Shown here: piece after piece, positions 25,848 through 38,210 of the stretch
Layout: every line of letters starts with the position of its first letter
How positions within the stretch are numbered: the stretch's first letter is position 1
NCBI GenBank assembly: GCA_964016885.1
Contig: OZ024741.1
Span: forward strand, 235,910,001-235,974,000
Length of the DNA: 64,000 nt
Reading direction: 5' to 3'
Source: Eledone cirrhosa
Taxonomy: Eukaryota
Program-made: the position numbers and the translations under genes
The notes under the pieces: model-generated
Told to the model about the DNA's origin: nothing
Databases searched by the model: none
The model's input: only the letters and a program-made list of their open reading frames with translations

Positions 25848-27245
25848 ATGGCTACACAACAAAACATGGACAAATTTACTCCTGACTCAGTACTTTCCAG
25901 CAACATGCTGGGAAAGTTCCAACTACCACCATTGACGACCACCATGCAGCAACAGCAGCAGCAGCAGCCTCCAAGAATGGCAGAGGTAGATGAGAAGCCA
26001 TTCCAGAACCAATCTTACATGAACCAATTTACCCAGGGTTATTACTTACAGACCCATGGAATATTACACCCCAACGAGAAACTTTTCAGTCCTGATGTTT
26101 ACGGCAAACAATTTGTTCAGAACTCATATTTACACACACAACCAGAGCGTATGCACACTGTTGAAAAAACTGCACCTGAAAATAATCTTTGTCTCAAACA
26201 ACCTCAGCCAGTTTTGAACAAGATTCAAGCCCCTGCTCCAAAAACGTTACCTCCAATAGCTCCACCTTCCTTACCCCATACACCTATATCATCAACGAGG
26301 ACTACAGAAAAAGCTTTCCATTGCGAGCTTTGCCCTAAGCAGTTTGCACGGCGCAACACATTGCAGCTGCATCAAAGAATACACACAGGCGAAAAACTGT
26401 TCCAATGTAACTTCTGTGCCAAGCATTTTGTCCACAAAGACAAACTTCAGATTCATGAAAGAATCCACACTGGAGAAAAGCCATTTCAGTGTGAATTTTG
26501 TCCTAAACGATTTTCTCGCAACGATAAACTGAAGATCCATCGAAGTACCCACACTGGTGAGAGGCCTTTTCATTGTAACTACTGTCCGAAGCAGTTTGTC
26601 CAAAAGGACAAATTACTTATTCACGAGAGGACACATACAGGTGAAAAGCCCTTTCACTGCGACCTTTGCCCCAAGCAATTTGCACGTAGTGATCGACTGC
26701 AAATCCACCGAAGAACTCATACTGGAGAAAAGCCATTCCATTGCGACCTTTGTCCAAAGCAGTTTGTTCAAAGATGTTACTTGAAAATCCATCGAAGAAT
26801 CCACACGGGTGAGAAACCTTTTCCTTGTGAATATTGCCCGAAGGAGTTTGCCCGGAAGGACAAGCTTCAGATTCACACGAGGAGCCATACTGGTGAAAAA
26901 CCATTTCAATGTGACATTTGTAGAGAACAGTTCATGAAGAAAGCTCAACTTCAATCACATCAGAAATCATCACATACGGTCGTGGAGAAGCCGTTTCAGT
27001 GTGATTTATGTATGCAACAGTTTACTGAACGGGACGAACTGCAATTACATCGAAGCACTCACCTTGTAACTCCACAGTTACCCAGTGACCTCGATATTAA
27101 GCCGTTTGCTCTCATACATGAGCTGGAGAATCAAAAACGGCTGCAAGGGTCGGTGCGGAATAACTTTTTGAAACCAACATCGTGTAAAAACATTAAGGAG
27201 TACACACCCATGAGCACACTACTTTGGCAATCAATTCATCCATAA
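25848..27245 (+). CDS. C2H2 (Kruppel-type) zinc-finger protein, 465 aa, nine tandem fingers, with polyQ and Pro-rich N-terminus
   Basis: Intact ORF; nine F-x-C-x2-C-x3-F-x5-L-x2-H-x3/4-H units at 26316-27062 with TGEKP-type linkers; single coding exon; no KRAB, BTB or SCAN domain recognised. Confidence 0.97.
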   Translation: MATQQNMDKFTPDSVLSSNMLGKFQLPPLTTTMQQQQQQQPPRMAEVDEKPFQNQSYMNQFTQGYYLQTHGILHPNEKLFSPDVYGKQFVQNSYLHTQPERMHTVEKTAPENNLCLKQPQPVLNKIQAPAPKTLPPIAPPSLPHTPISSTRTTEKAFHCELCPKQFARRNTLQLHQRIHTGEKLFQCNFCAKHFVHKDKLQIHERIHTGEKPFQCEFCPKRFSRNDKLKIHRSTHTGERPFHCNYCPKQFVQKDKLLIHERTHTGEKPFHCDLCPKQFARSDRLQIHRRTHTGEKPFHCDLCPKQFVQRCYLKIHRRIHTGEKPFPCEYCPKEFARKDKLQIHTRSHTGEKPFQCDICREQFMKKAQLQSHQKSSHTVVEKPFQCDLCMQQFTERDELQLHRSTHLVTPQLPSDLDIKPFALIHELENQKRLQGSVRNNFLKPTSCKNIKEYTPMSTLLWQSIHP

Positions 27246-27402
27246 AAACAAAACTCTGCTGACATTAGGGTGACACTACCCACAATAACTGACTCCACCT
27301 AATTTAGTTTATCACTGGTAATCCCCCTCAAATTGTCTACTTCATTCTTGTAACTAAAGTTGTTTTTTTTTTATGAATATCTTTTTAATATGTTACACCA
27401 CA

Positions 27403-27478
27403 TGATACTTCACTCTAGTTGGTAAAAGTCGTTAACCTGGAATCTGAAAGTACCAGGTCCGAAACCTAGTCACTACCA
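27403..27478 (+). pseudogene. tRNA-like remnant (tRNA pseudogene or SINE head)
   Basis: D-loop-like ctctagttggtaaaag, T-arm-like ccaggtccgaaacctag and 3' cactacca; the acceptor stem does not pair. Confidence 0.4.
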
Positions 27479-27825
27479 TTTAAACATCATTTGTTTGTAC
27501 GTGTGTATACCTGTATGTTGTGTGTGTGTGATTCTAAACGAGCTTCTGTCTGTCTGTGTGTCTGATCTTGTCAAAGATTCCCTCAAATCTTGTGGATGGT
27601 TTGCAGTATCCAGTTGACACAACCTTCCAGATTATTCAATGGTTCAGAGAACAAGGTGGATATGACAGGTGAACATGGTAAATGCTGTACACAGCTTGAC
27701 AGGTTTATGTGTCTGATGAATGGACACTGTTTCTGCCACTGACCATCAATCTATTATGGTGGACATTAGTGTCAGCATTTACTTTCTCTTCCCAAAAGTA
27801 TTTCATTCACATATATCTCTATGTG

Positions 27826-27870
<45 letters not shown>

Positions 27871-27896
27871 ATATATATGATTCTTTTTCTATATAT

Positions 27897-28090
27897 ACAT
27901 ATTAGCTGAAAAGTTCATGTACTGACCAAGATACTTATGGAATGACCAAATGAGGTTTATTTTTCAACATAGTCCCTGGAAAGAAACGGTGCATTTATTA
28001 ATAAGAAGAGTTGAAAATAATGCATGCAAGATTTCATAGCTCTAGCGTCATTCCTTCATTGTCAGTCTATTGACTTTTCAGCAACCCTTG
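27897..28090. mobile_element. Mariner-derived MITE (internally deleted)
   Basis: Imperfect TIRs gctgaaaagttcatgtactgac and gtcagtctattgacttttcagc in a TA context. Confidence 0.6.
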
Positions 28091-28161
28091 TGTATATATA
28101 TATATATGTGTGTGTGTATATGTATATATATATATGTGTTATATGTATATATATATATGTG

Positions 28162-28215
<54 letters not shown>

Positions 28216-28343
28216 ATATATGTGTATATATATGTGTATATATATGTGTGTATATATATATATACATATACATATATACATATATACATATACATATATA
28301 TATATATATGTGTGTATATATATATATATGTATATATATATGT

Positions 28344-28430
<87 letters not shown>

Positions 28431-28479
28431 TATATGTATATGTATATATATACATATATATATATAATTATATATATAC

Positions 28480-28510
<31 letters not shown>

Positions 28511-28967
28511 CATATATATACACACACATATATATATATATATAAACATATATATATATACATATATATACACACATATATATATATATAAACATATATA
28601 TATACATATATATATATATAAATATATACATATAAACATATATATATACATATATATATATACAAATATATATACATATATATATATACATATATATATG
28701 TATATGTATATATATATACATATATATATATACATATATATATACATATATATATATATACATATATATATACATATATATATATACATATATATATATA
28801 CATATATATATACATATATATATACATATATATATATATATACATATATATACACACACATATATATATATATATAAACATATATATATATATACATATA
28901 TATACACACATATATATATATACATATATATATATATAAATATATACATATAAACATATATATATAC

Positions 28968-29004
<37 letters not shown>

Positions 29005-29043
29005 AATATATATATATATGTACATATATATATACATATATAT

Positions 29044-29074
<31 letters not shown>

Positions 29075-29345
29075 TATGTATACATATATATATACACACA
29101 TTTATAGGATGAGTATCAAACATTTATGCTTTCATATATTTTTATATCTGTATATCTGTTTGACCCGAAATAGGAGATCGAATCTTCGCTGTGTGGATGA
29201 TTAGTTTAACCACCATCTCAGTGTGTTTGGCCTTTAACGTAAGTTGTAAGCTCCAATTCATTTGAATTATAGAGCGCTTGCCTTACAATTCGAAAGTGTT
29301 TTTCCGTTATTTCATGGGCTGAAATTCGATTCTCGCTAATTTTTA

Positions 29346-29403
<58 letters not shown>

Positions 29404-29535
29404 TATATATATTGAATAATTCTACACCTCATCACAGAAGTGAACCTAAACATCGAGTGCTCTCCCGGGTGAACTTGCAGTAACTCCTAGTTACACACCC
29501 TGGATATATATATATATATGTATATATATACACAC

Positions 29536-29575
<40 letters not shown>

Positions 29576-29603
29576 ATAAATATATATGTATATATATATA
29601 CAC

Positions 29604-29636
<33 letters not shown>

Positions 29637-29667
29637 TATATATATATGTATATATATATATATACAC

Positions 29668-29714
<47 letters not shown>

Positions 29715-29850
29715 CATATACATATATACATATAGATATATATATGTATAAATATATATGTATATGTATATATATATGTATATATACATCTGTATATATA
29801 TATGTATATATATATATATATGTATATATATGTATATATATCTGTATATA

Positions 29851-29949
<99 letters not shown>

Positions 29950-30620
29950 GTGTGTATATATATATGTATATATATGTATATATATATATAAGTATATATA
30001 TATATGTATATATATATATATGTATATATATATATGTATATATATATGTATATATATATATATGTATATATATACACATATATGTATATATATATACATA
30101 TATGTATATATATATATATATGTATATATATGTTTATTTATATATGTATATATATATATGTATATATATGTTTATTTATATATGTATATATGTATATATA
30201 TATATATATATGTATATATATACACATATATGTATATATATATACATATATGTATATATATGTATATATATGTTTATTTATATATGTATATATATATATA
30301 TTTATATATATATGTATATATGTTTATATATATATATGTGCGTATATATATATATGTATATGTGTATATATATATATGTATATGTATATATATATGTGTA
30401 TATGTATTTATATATATGTGTATATGTATACACATATATATGTGTATATATATATGTGTGTATATATATATGTATGTATATATATGTATTATATATATGT
30501 ATATGTATGTATATATATGTATTATATATATGTATATGTATGTATATGTATATATATATATATGTATATATATATATGTATATATATGTATATGTATATA
30601 TATGTATATGTATATATATG

Positions 30621-30651
<31 letters not shown>

Positions 30652-30653
30652 GT

Positions 30654-30715
<62 letters not shown>

Positions 30716-30756
30716 GTATATATGTATATGTATATATATATATGTATGTATATATG

Positions 30757-30813
<57 letters not shown>

Positions 30814-31671
30814 ATATATATGTATATATATATATATGTATATATATGTATATATATATGTATATATATATATATGATATATATATATATATATATATGA
30901 TATATATATATATATATATATGATATATATATATATATATATATGATATATATATATATATATATAGTATATATAGTATATATATATATGTGTATATATA
31001 GTATATATATATATATGTGTATATATATATATATATAGTATATATAGTATATATATATATATGTGTATATATATAGTATATATAGTATATATATATATAT
31101 GTGTATATATATATGTATATATCGTATATATATATATATGTATATATCGTATATATGTGTATATATATATGTGTATATATATATATATGTGTATATATAT
31201 ATGTATATATATATATATATGTGTATATATATATGTATATATATATATATATGTGTATATATATATGTATATATATATATATATGTGTATATATATATGT
31301 ATATATATATATATGTGTATATATATATGTATATATATATATATGTGTATATATATATGTATATATATATATATATGTGTATATATATATGTATATATAT
31401 ATATATATGTGTATATATATATGTATATATATATATATGTATATATATATATGTGTATATATATATGTATAGATATATATATGTGTGTATATATATATAT
31501 GTGAGTATATATATATGTATATATATGTATATATATATGTGTATATATATATGTATATATATATATGTGTGTGTATATATATATATGTGTGTATATATAT
31601 ATATGTGTGTATATATATATATGTGTGTGTATATATATATATATATATATGTGTGTATATATATATATATG

Positions 31672-31718
<47 letters not shown>

Positions 31719-31768
31719 ATATATATATGTATGTATATATATATATATGTGTGTGTATATATATATGT

Positions 31769-31802
<34 letters not shown>

Positions 31803-31813
31803 ATATATATATG

Positions 31814-31858
<45 letters not shown>

Positions 31859-31869
31859 ATATATATATA
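28091..31869. repeat. Giant interrupted (TA)n-rich microsatellite field
   Basis: TA/TACA/TATG tracts at 28091-29100, 29348-29411 and 29504-31869, separated by short unique islands. Confidence 0.97.
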
Positions 31870-31911
31870 AGATAGTATTGAAGTTTGCATGAAGCATTGT
31901 GGAATAATAAG

Positions 31912-31992
31912 ATATATTTTTCTTTAGGTCGTTTTGGAAGCCTCAACATCTGCATTGTTGAGGCTTCCAAAACGACCTAAAGAAAAATATAT
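31912..31992. repeat. Perfect inverted repeat, 37-bp arms, 7-nt loop
   Basis: 31912-31948 is the exact reverse complement of 31956-31992; loop TCTGCAT. Confidence 0.95.
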
Positions 31993-32408
31993 ATATATAT
32001 ATATATATATTTATGTATGTATATATATATGTGTATGTATATATCCATATATGTATATATATGTATATATATATATATCAATTTGTAAATACATGCACAC
32101 ATACACACACAGACATTCATACAGATGTGTGTATGAGTATGTATGTACATGTGTGTATGTATATATATATATATTATCATAATCACTGTCTATTTTCCAT
32201 GCTTCCATGGACACACATACACATACAGTTACACTTATACACATGATACGACTGTTCAGTTTTGCTAAACTGTCTTCATTCCTTTCATCAAAAAGTTACT
32301 GAAAGGGTTAGGGTGGGCAGAAAGTGTGTGAATGTGTGTGTGCATGTTCTACTGTATTCTAATATGTTCAAGCATGTTTTTAAAGTCAATTGTTTAGTAT
32401 TTCTAGAT

Positions 32409-32478
<70 letters not shown>

Positions 32479-33714
32479 GTATGTGTGTGTGAGTTTTATT
32501 TACATGTGTATATATATATATATATATATATATTTACACACACACACACACATATATATTTACATATCTCACATATCTTAAATAATGCCAAAGAAATTTC
32601 TTTTTTTAAATTTTCTTGTTGATGTTGTGTTTATAATTCTTTGACATGCAAAACAAAACATATACACTCTCTAATGTGTATATATACATTTTAATGTTTT
32701 TTATATCATATACACGATTTCACTGTTTTATATATTTTATATATAAATATAATTTTTTCCTTTCCATTTTTATCTTATTTATTTTTTTATCCTTCCTGTA
32801 TTAGTCAGTTAATATATATAAACATATTAATTACTTTAAATCAATGGGTAGCAGTTATTTTGACTATCCTCATGGCAAAACTTGTATTGCAAGTAACTGC
32901 CACTCATTGCTATAAAATAAATTATTTCACTCTATTCTACAAATAGGGGTCTGTTAGGAGTTAATGTTAGCAACCTGTAGAACATATACCAGTATGTCTT
33001 ACAAAACTACATTATGATATATACCAGTAATACACTGGGTAATTGCTGGCCTTGTGCCTAATGTAGAAATAATTATGATATATACATATATATATATATA
33101 CTTACACTCTCATATGCTTGTGTGTGTGTATATATATATATATATATGTATATACATATATACATGTATATATGTGTACACACATATATATGTAGATGTG
33201 TGTGTGTATGTGTTGGGGTATATATGTATGAATATATATATATGTGTGTGTGTATAAATATATGTATGTATATACATGTATGAATTGTTAATGGCACAAT
33301 TAATGTTAGGTTTCAATATCTTTATTAGAACATTCTCATATTTTCCTAATAAGGCCTCTGCAATTTGTTTAGAACAATGAACTTTTAAGTCCATAATTAA
33401 ATCGACTTTCTAGGCTTTCAAAGTCTTGTAATTAAAAGTGTTCTTGGCATATTTTTACAGCCTTATTAGATAATACAAGAAGATACAAATAAAGTAATTG
33501 AAACTAAAATGAATTCACATATAAATGAAAGGCTGTTCCCCAAATACATAAGCATATGTCTATATATATATATTAATGAGGTAAATATATATATAATGAG
33601 GTAAATGTCCATATTGCATCTCACTGTGTATTTAGTACACTATTCTGATCGGTGGTCTTCCTGGTTTTTGCACTGCAGACACTCCATATACATACACACA
33701 CACGTGTATATATA

Positions 33715-34833
33715 CAAGGTCTATTGAAAAAGTATTTGAGTTTATTTTTTCCCAAGGGAATCTACTAATGTTGGGGAGACAAAAGTATGCAGAGTGGAGT
33801 CATACATTCATGCACATTTGTGGCTTTTGGCAAGTTTGCTGGATGTGTCAGTCCTTGTCAGGCAGCCAGCATGTGATGTGCTGTTCTACTTATCGCATCT
33901 TCATTTCGCCCATGAGAACAGAATGTGTGAATCAATGATCTTGTATCACATTTTATTAACTGCTTGGTGACAGCCAATCAGAAACAATATGCAAAATTCA
34001 ATTGGTTTTTGGTGGCAATGCCTTGGGTGTTATTCAAATAAAGTACGTTACAGTGTTCCGAAACGCCATCAACAAGCAAGGATGTAGTTATTGAGAAAAT
34101 GTGAACTTTGATAATGGAGGATCCTTGTTCAATGGCATAGAAAATTGATGAGATTAGGATAAGGATTCTGCACTTGTAAATTTAAAGGAGGATTTCGGCA
34201 AGTTCTTAGGGGGAGCGAAATTTATGTCCATGCTGCTCTCTTAGGAAAAACAACTTCATCTTGAAGTTGTAAGAAACCTGCTAGATACGGCCAACAAGGA
34301 TCCTGAGTTTCAAAATACCATGATAACTAGAGCTGAGATGTGTTTATATGAGTTTGACCTGGAAATCAAAGCTCAGTCATCACAGAGGATGCAGCCAACA
34401 TTGCCAAGGCCCCAAAAATCATGCCATGTGCAGACCAAAATGAAGGTAGTGCTGACTTTTCTTCAACTACTGAGACATTGTGCATCAGGAAATCCTCTGA
34501 CAGCCCAAAAGATCGAATCTGTAGGTCTTGTAAAACTTATTCATCGCAGATGATCGAAAGTTTTTTGGCCCAAAAAATTATTTTGCTTATTTGTTTTCTG
34601 ACATCTGGTTGTTCCTAAAAATAAAGATACCAATGGAAGGCTCCCACTTTGAAAGTGACAGTGGAACTAAGAACCATTCTGGAAGAAGCATTCTAGATGT
34701 GCTTCAGAAAGTGGTAGGATTGCTGGGCTAATTATGTGGAGGCACTTTGAAGGGCATTAGCAATTGAACTCCACCAAGTGCATAATTTTATTTTTCCCAG
34801 TCTAAAGTCAAAAACTTTTTCAACAGGACTCAG
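33715..34833 (+). mobile_element. Decayed Tc1/mariner (mariner-type) transposon
   Basis: TA|CAAGGTCTATTGAAAAAGT left end and ACTTTTTCAACAGGACTC right end. Transposase remnants SQSETICKIQLVFG and ITRAEMCLYEFDLEIKAQSSQ..PRPQK..KVVLTF (compare mariner ITGDETWVYxYDPETKxQSxQW). Confidence 0.85.
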
Positions 34834-35039
34834 ATACATGTATCATCATCATCATCGTTTTCCATCCGTTTTTCCACACTGGAATGGGATGAATGGGCTA
34901 TCACATGCTGAAATTAAACAGGTCAGGTGACCACATGTTGCTCATGTGTTTCATTTTGGCATGGTTTCTATAGCTGAGTGCCCTTCCTGACAACAATGAT
35001 GTGAGGGAGCAAGGAAGGATACTAAATATTGATATACCT

Positions 35040-35369
35040 CTTAGCCTCCACTCTGCCACCCTCCCTATGCTTGTTTTATCCAGTTTGAGTGCCCTACATT
35101 TCTTTATACAGATGGTCATCCGCCATACACATCACCCATCCATAAAACTGCAGTCTTTTCTTTTGAATACTGCATTCAATCACTCTTATGCTCATGTCCA
35201 GTATATATACATATATATGTGTATATATATATATTGAGAGCAGACCTCAGATCGCTGAAGCTTATAGAGGAGATGGACGAAGGACCGTGGCAAGTTGAGA
35301 GATGCTTGCTGAATAGGACCCATCCCACTCTTGCAAGCAGAGAAAAGTGGACGTAAAATGATGATGATG

Positions 35370-35372
<3 letters not shown>
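35040..35372. mobile_element. Two short RTE C-terminal fragments in opposite orientations
   Basis: Minus strand reads CIKKCRALKLD; plus strand reads RADLRSLKL...RTHPTLASREKWT* followed by (GAT)n. Confidence 0.65.
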
Positions 35373-35400
<28 letters not shown>

Positions 35401-35457
35401 CTTCGTTTTTTAATTTGTTTTGCAAAATTTATCATCTGAAAACGTGTGGAATAGACA

Positions 35458-35824
35458 TTGTTATACATTGGGAGGGTCATGCTGGCAATAAAAACACAGG
35501 CACCTGTTGGTTTTCACTTCAACTTATTGCAAATTTCTAGTTGGTTGGTTCAATAAACGAAGGGTTGCTTATTTATTGTCAAAGCTCTTTCGTACCACAT
35601 TCTGTACTTCCTCAGTGATTGATTTGTTATTTTGTGTTTCTCCTTTGTTCTGTCCTACACCATCTGGTTTTTGTGAGTTGTGTTAATAAATAAAGCTTTG
35701 ACAATAAATATACAACGATCCGGTTATTGAACTAATTGACTAGAAATTTGTAATAAATTGAAGTGAAAACCAACAGATGAGTGTGTTTTTATTGGCAGCA
35801 TGAAACCCTCCCAAAGTATAACTA
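35458..35824. mobile_element. Foldback/MITE-like element with ~130-bp imperfect TIRs
   Basis: gttatacattgggagggtcatgctggcaataaaaacac...tttattgtcaaagct is mirrored at 35693-35822. Confidence 0.8.
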
Positions 35825-36660
35825 TATATATGTGTATATGTTTATATATTTATTTGTATGTATATTGCTAATACCCCTTACCTCTATTCACAACAGCATA
35901 AATGTCACCCCTTTTTTTTTTACCTTTATAAAATCTGTGGCCTTTGTGTCAATATTCAAAATTGTTTTTTTTTTTAAATATTTAAAATTAAAAGTAAGTT
36001 ATTCAGTTTGTGCTGTTTTAAAAAGTTAAAAAACACAAAAACATTTTTATTGAAACTAAGACACATATTGTGCCTTTCTTATGTCCTACATTACTGTAGT
36101 TGATATGTCTTGGTCCATATGTCCTAGTTTTCTTGGTACAGAGATGGTGGACTTTTGGCTGCCTGCCCTCTGGGGATTCTTCAACTGTGCTGCTGACTCA
36201 TGATTTCTAAGTTCAATTCCCCTGCTAGGCTCAACTTTTCATTTTACTCTTTCATACCCATATTTCTAATGAAAGACACTGCCAATGATGTTCAATTGAT
36301 TTTGAAAATAATCGTGAATTTGTTGGGATTTAATAAACTAATTTTCTTGTTATTTATCTGGTGTCTGAAACATAAATTTAAAAAAATGTTCTTTTGTGTC
36401 AATAACCATGGTTGGTTTCAGCCAGTCTGGTATCAGAAGGTTTAATCCATAACAGGAGCTGATGATAGATTAGTACCAGTAATATATTGAGGTTTATTTA
36501 TTTGTTTAGAACTACCTACACTTCATTCTCCTACAAATAGTGGTGATGATAGTGATAGCGATGGATTAGAATGAGGCTCATATCTTTTGGAAATTATTGA
36601 TCTTATTTCATTGTTTTTGTTGTTTTTGTTGCTGTTATTACTAATGATAATAATATTAAA

Positions 36661-38210
36661 GCGGACGGTAGAGTAGCAGAGTCGTTAGGGCATCGGAGAA
36701 ATGCTTTGTGCCATTTGTTCCAGCTCTTTATGTTCTGAGTTCAAATCTCACCGAGGTAAACTTTGCCTTTCATCCTTACGGGGTCAATAAAATAAAGTAC
36801 CAGTAACATACTGGGCTTGATTTAATCGACTTTCCCCCGTCCCTTCAAATTGCTGGCCTTGTGCCAAATGTAGAAACAATTATTGTTATTATTGTAGGGA
36901 TTGGCAGAATTGTTTGAGTATATTCTGAGTCCAACATTGCCTCTCATTCTTTTGAGCTCAATATAATAAAGTACTATTCAAATACTGGAGTGGGTTGATA
37001 TATTTGACTTTTCCCTGAACTCAAATGGTTGGCCGTGGTGACTAAATTAGAAAGCAAAAGGTGATGGTTTTTACAGAAACATTAGAGCATTGGACAAAAT
37101 GCCATGTAGTATTTGTTCTTGCTATATACGTTTGAGTTCAAATCCAGCAGAGATCAACTTTGCCTTTCATTCTTCTACGGTTAATAAAATAAAGTACCAA
37201 TCAGGTCGATTCAATCAATTTTCCTCTTCCCTTCAAATTGCTGGCCTTGTGCCAAATGTAGAAACAATTATTATTCATAATTGTTTCAACATTTGGCACA
37301 AGGCCAGCAATTACCCAGTACATTACTGGTACTTTATTTTATCGACCCCGTAAGGATGAAAGGCAAAGTTAACCTCGGCGGGATTTGAACTCAGATCGTA
37401 AAGAGACGTAACTATACTGTCAATCCACTGCCCTATTATTATTAATAAAGCAGAAATGGTAGAAAGCTGGTCAAAAGCATATTTACATTTTGATTTCAAC
37501 CCCAACCACCGGAATTAACTGCCTTGAAACCTTGTGTAGTTTATAAAATATGTACCAGTCCAGTTCAGGGGGCAAATTTAATTGATTGTGCCCTGTAGCC
37601 TTGTACCAACATTTGAAATTATTATAGCCATATTTTATGGTTGTCAGACTCATTAGAGCATTTGACAAATGCCTTGTAATCTTTGGGGGAGGGGGGGGGG
37701 GGGTACATTCTGAGTTCAAATCCTTCCAAAGTTAACTTTGCCTTTCGTTTGGTGTGGGGAATAAAATAAAGTACTTGGGTTGATATAATTGACTGGCCTC
37801 ATGTCTAAATTAGAAATCATTTTTATTATTGTTAAGTAGTAGATTGGCCGAATTGTTAGAGCATCAGATAAAATGCTTTGTGGTATTTGTTCTGGCTCTT
37901 TACATTATAAATTCAAATCCTGCAGAGGTAGACTTTGCCTTTCATCTATTTGGAGTCAATAAAATAAAGTACCAGTCAAATACTGGAGTTGATATAATTG
38001 ACTTCCCTTTTTTCCCCAAAATTGTTGACCTTGTGCCTAAATTAGAAACCTTTATTATTATTGATGGGCAGTGTTAAAGCAGTTGACAAAATACCTTCTG
38101 GGATTTAGTTAGGGTTGGCTATGTTTGCAGTTCTAATCTCACCAAAGTCAACTTTGTCTTTCATCCTTTGAGAGTCAATAAAATAAAGTAGCAGCCAAGT
38201 ACTTAGGATG
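36661..38210 (+). mobile_element. Cluster of about 8 SINE family 1 copies (one inverted at about 37277-37430)
   Basis: Repeated gagttcaaatc, ctttgcctttcatc, aataaaataaagtac and ggccttgtgcc modules separated by (ATT)n. Confidence 0.88.

Noticed and set aside
26292-26954. Antisense and alternative-frame ORFs over the zinc fingers
   Set aside because: They are shadows of the repetitive zinc-finger codon pattern, with no independent features.
28024-32581. Long Y/I/H/T-rich ORFs up to 538 aa (also at 16165-16844 and 61865-62429)
   Set aside because: These are translations of stop-free (TA)n/(TG)n/(CA)n microsatellites in all frames.
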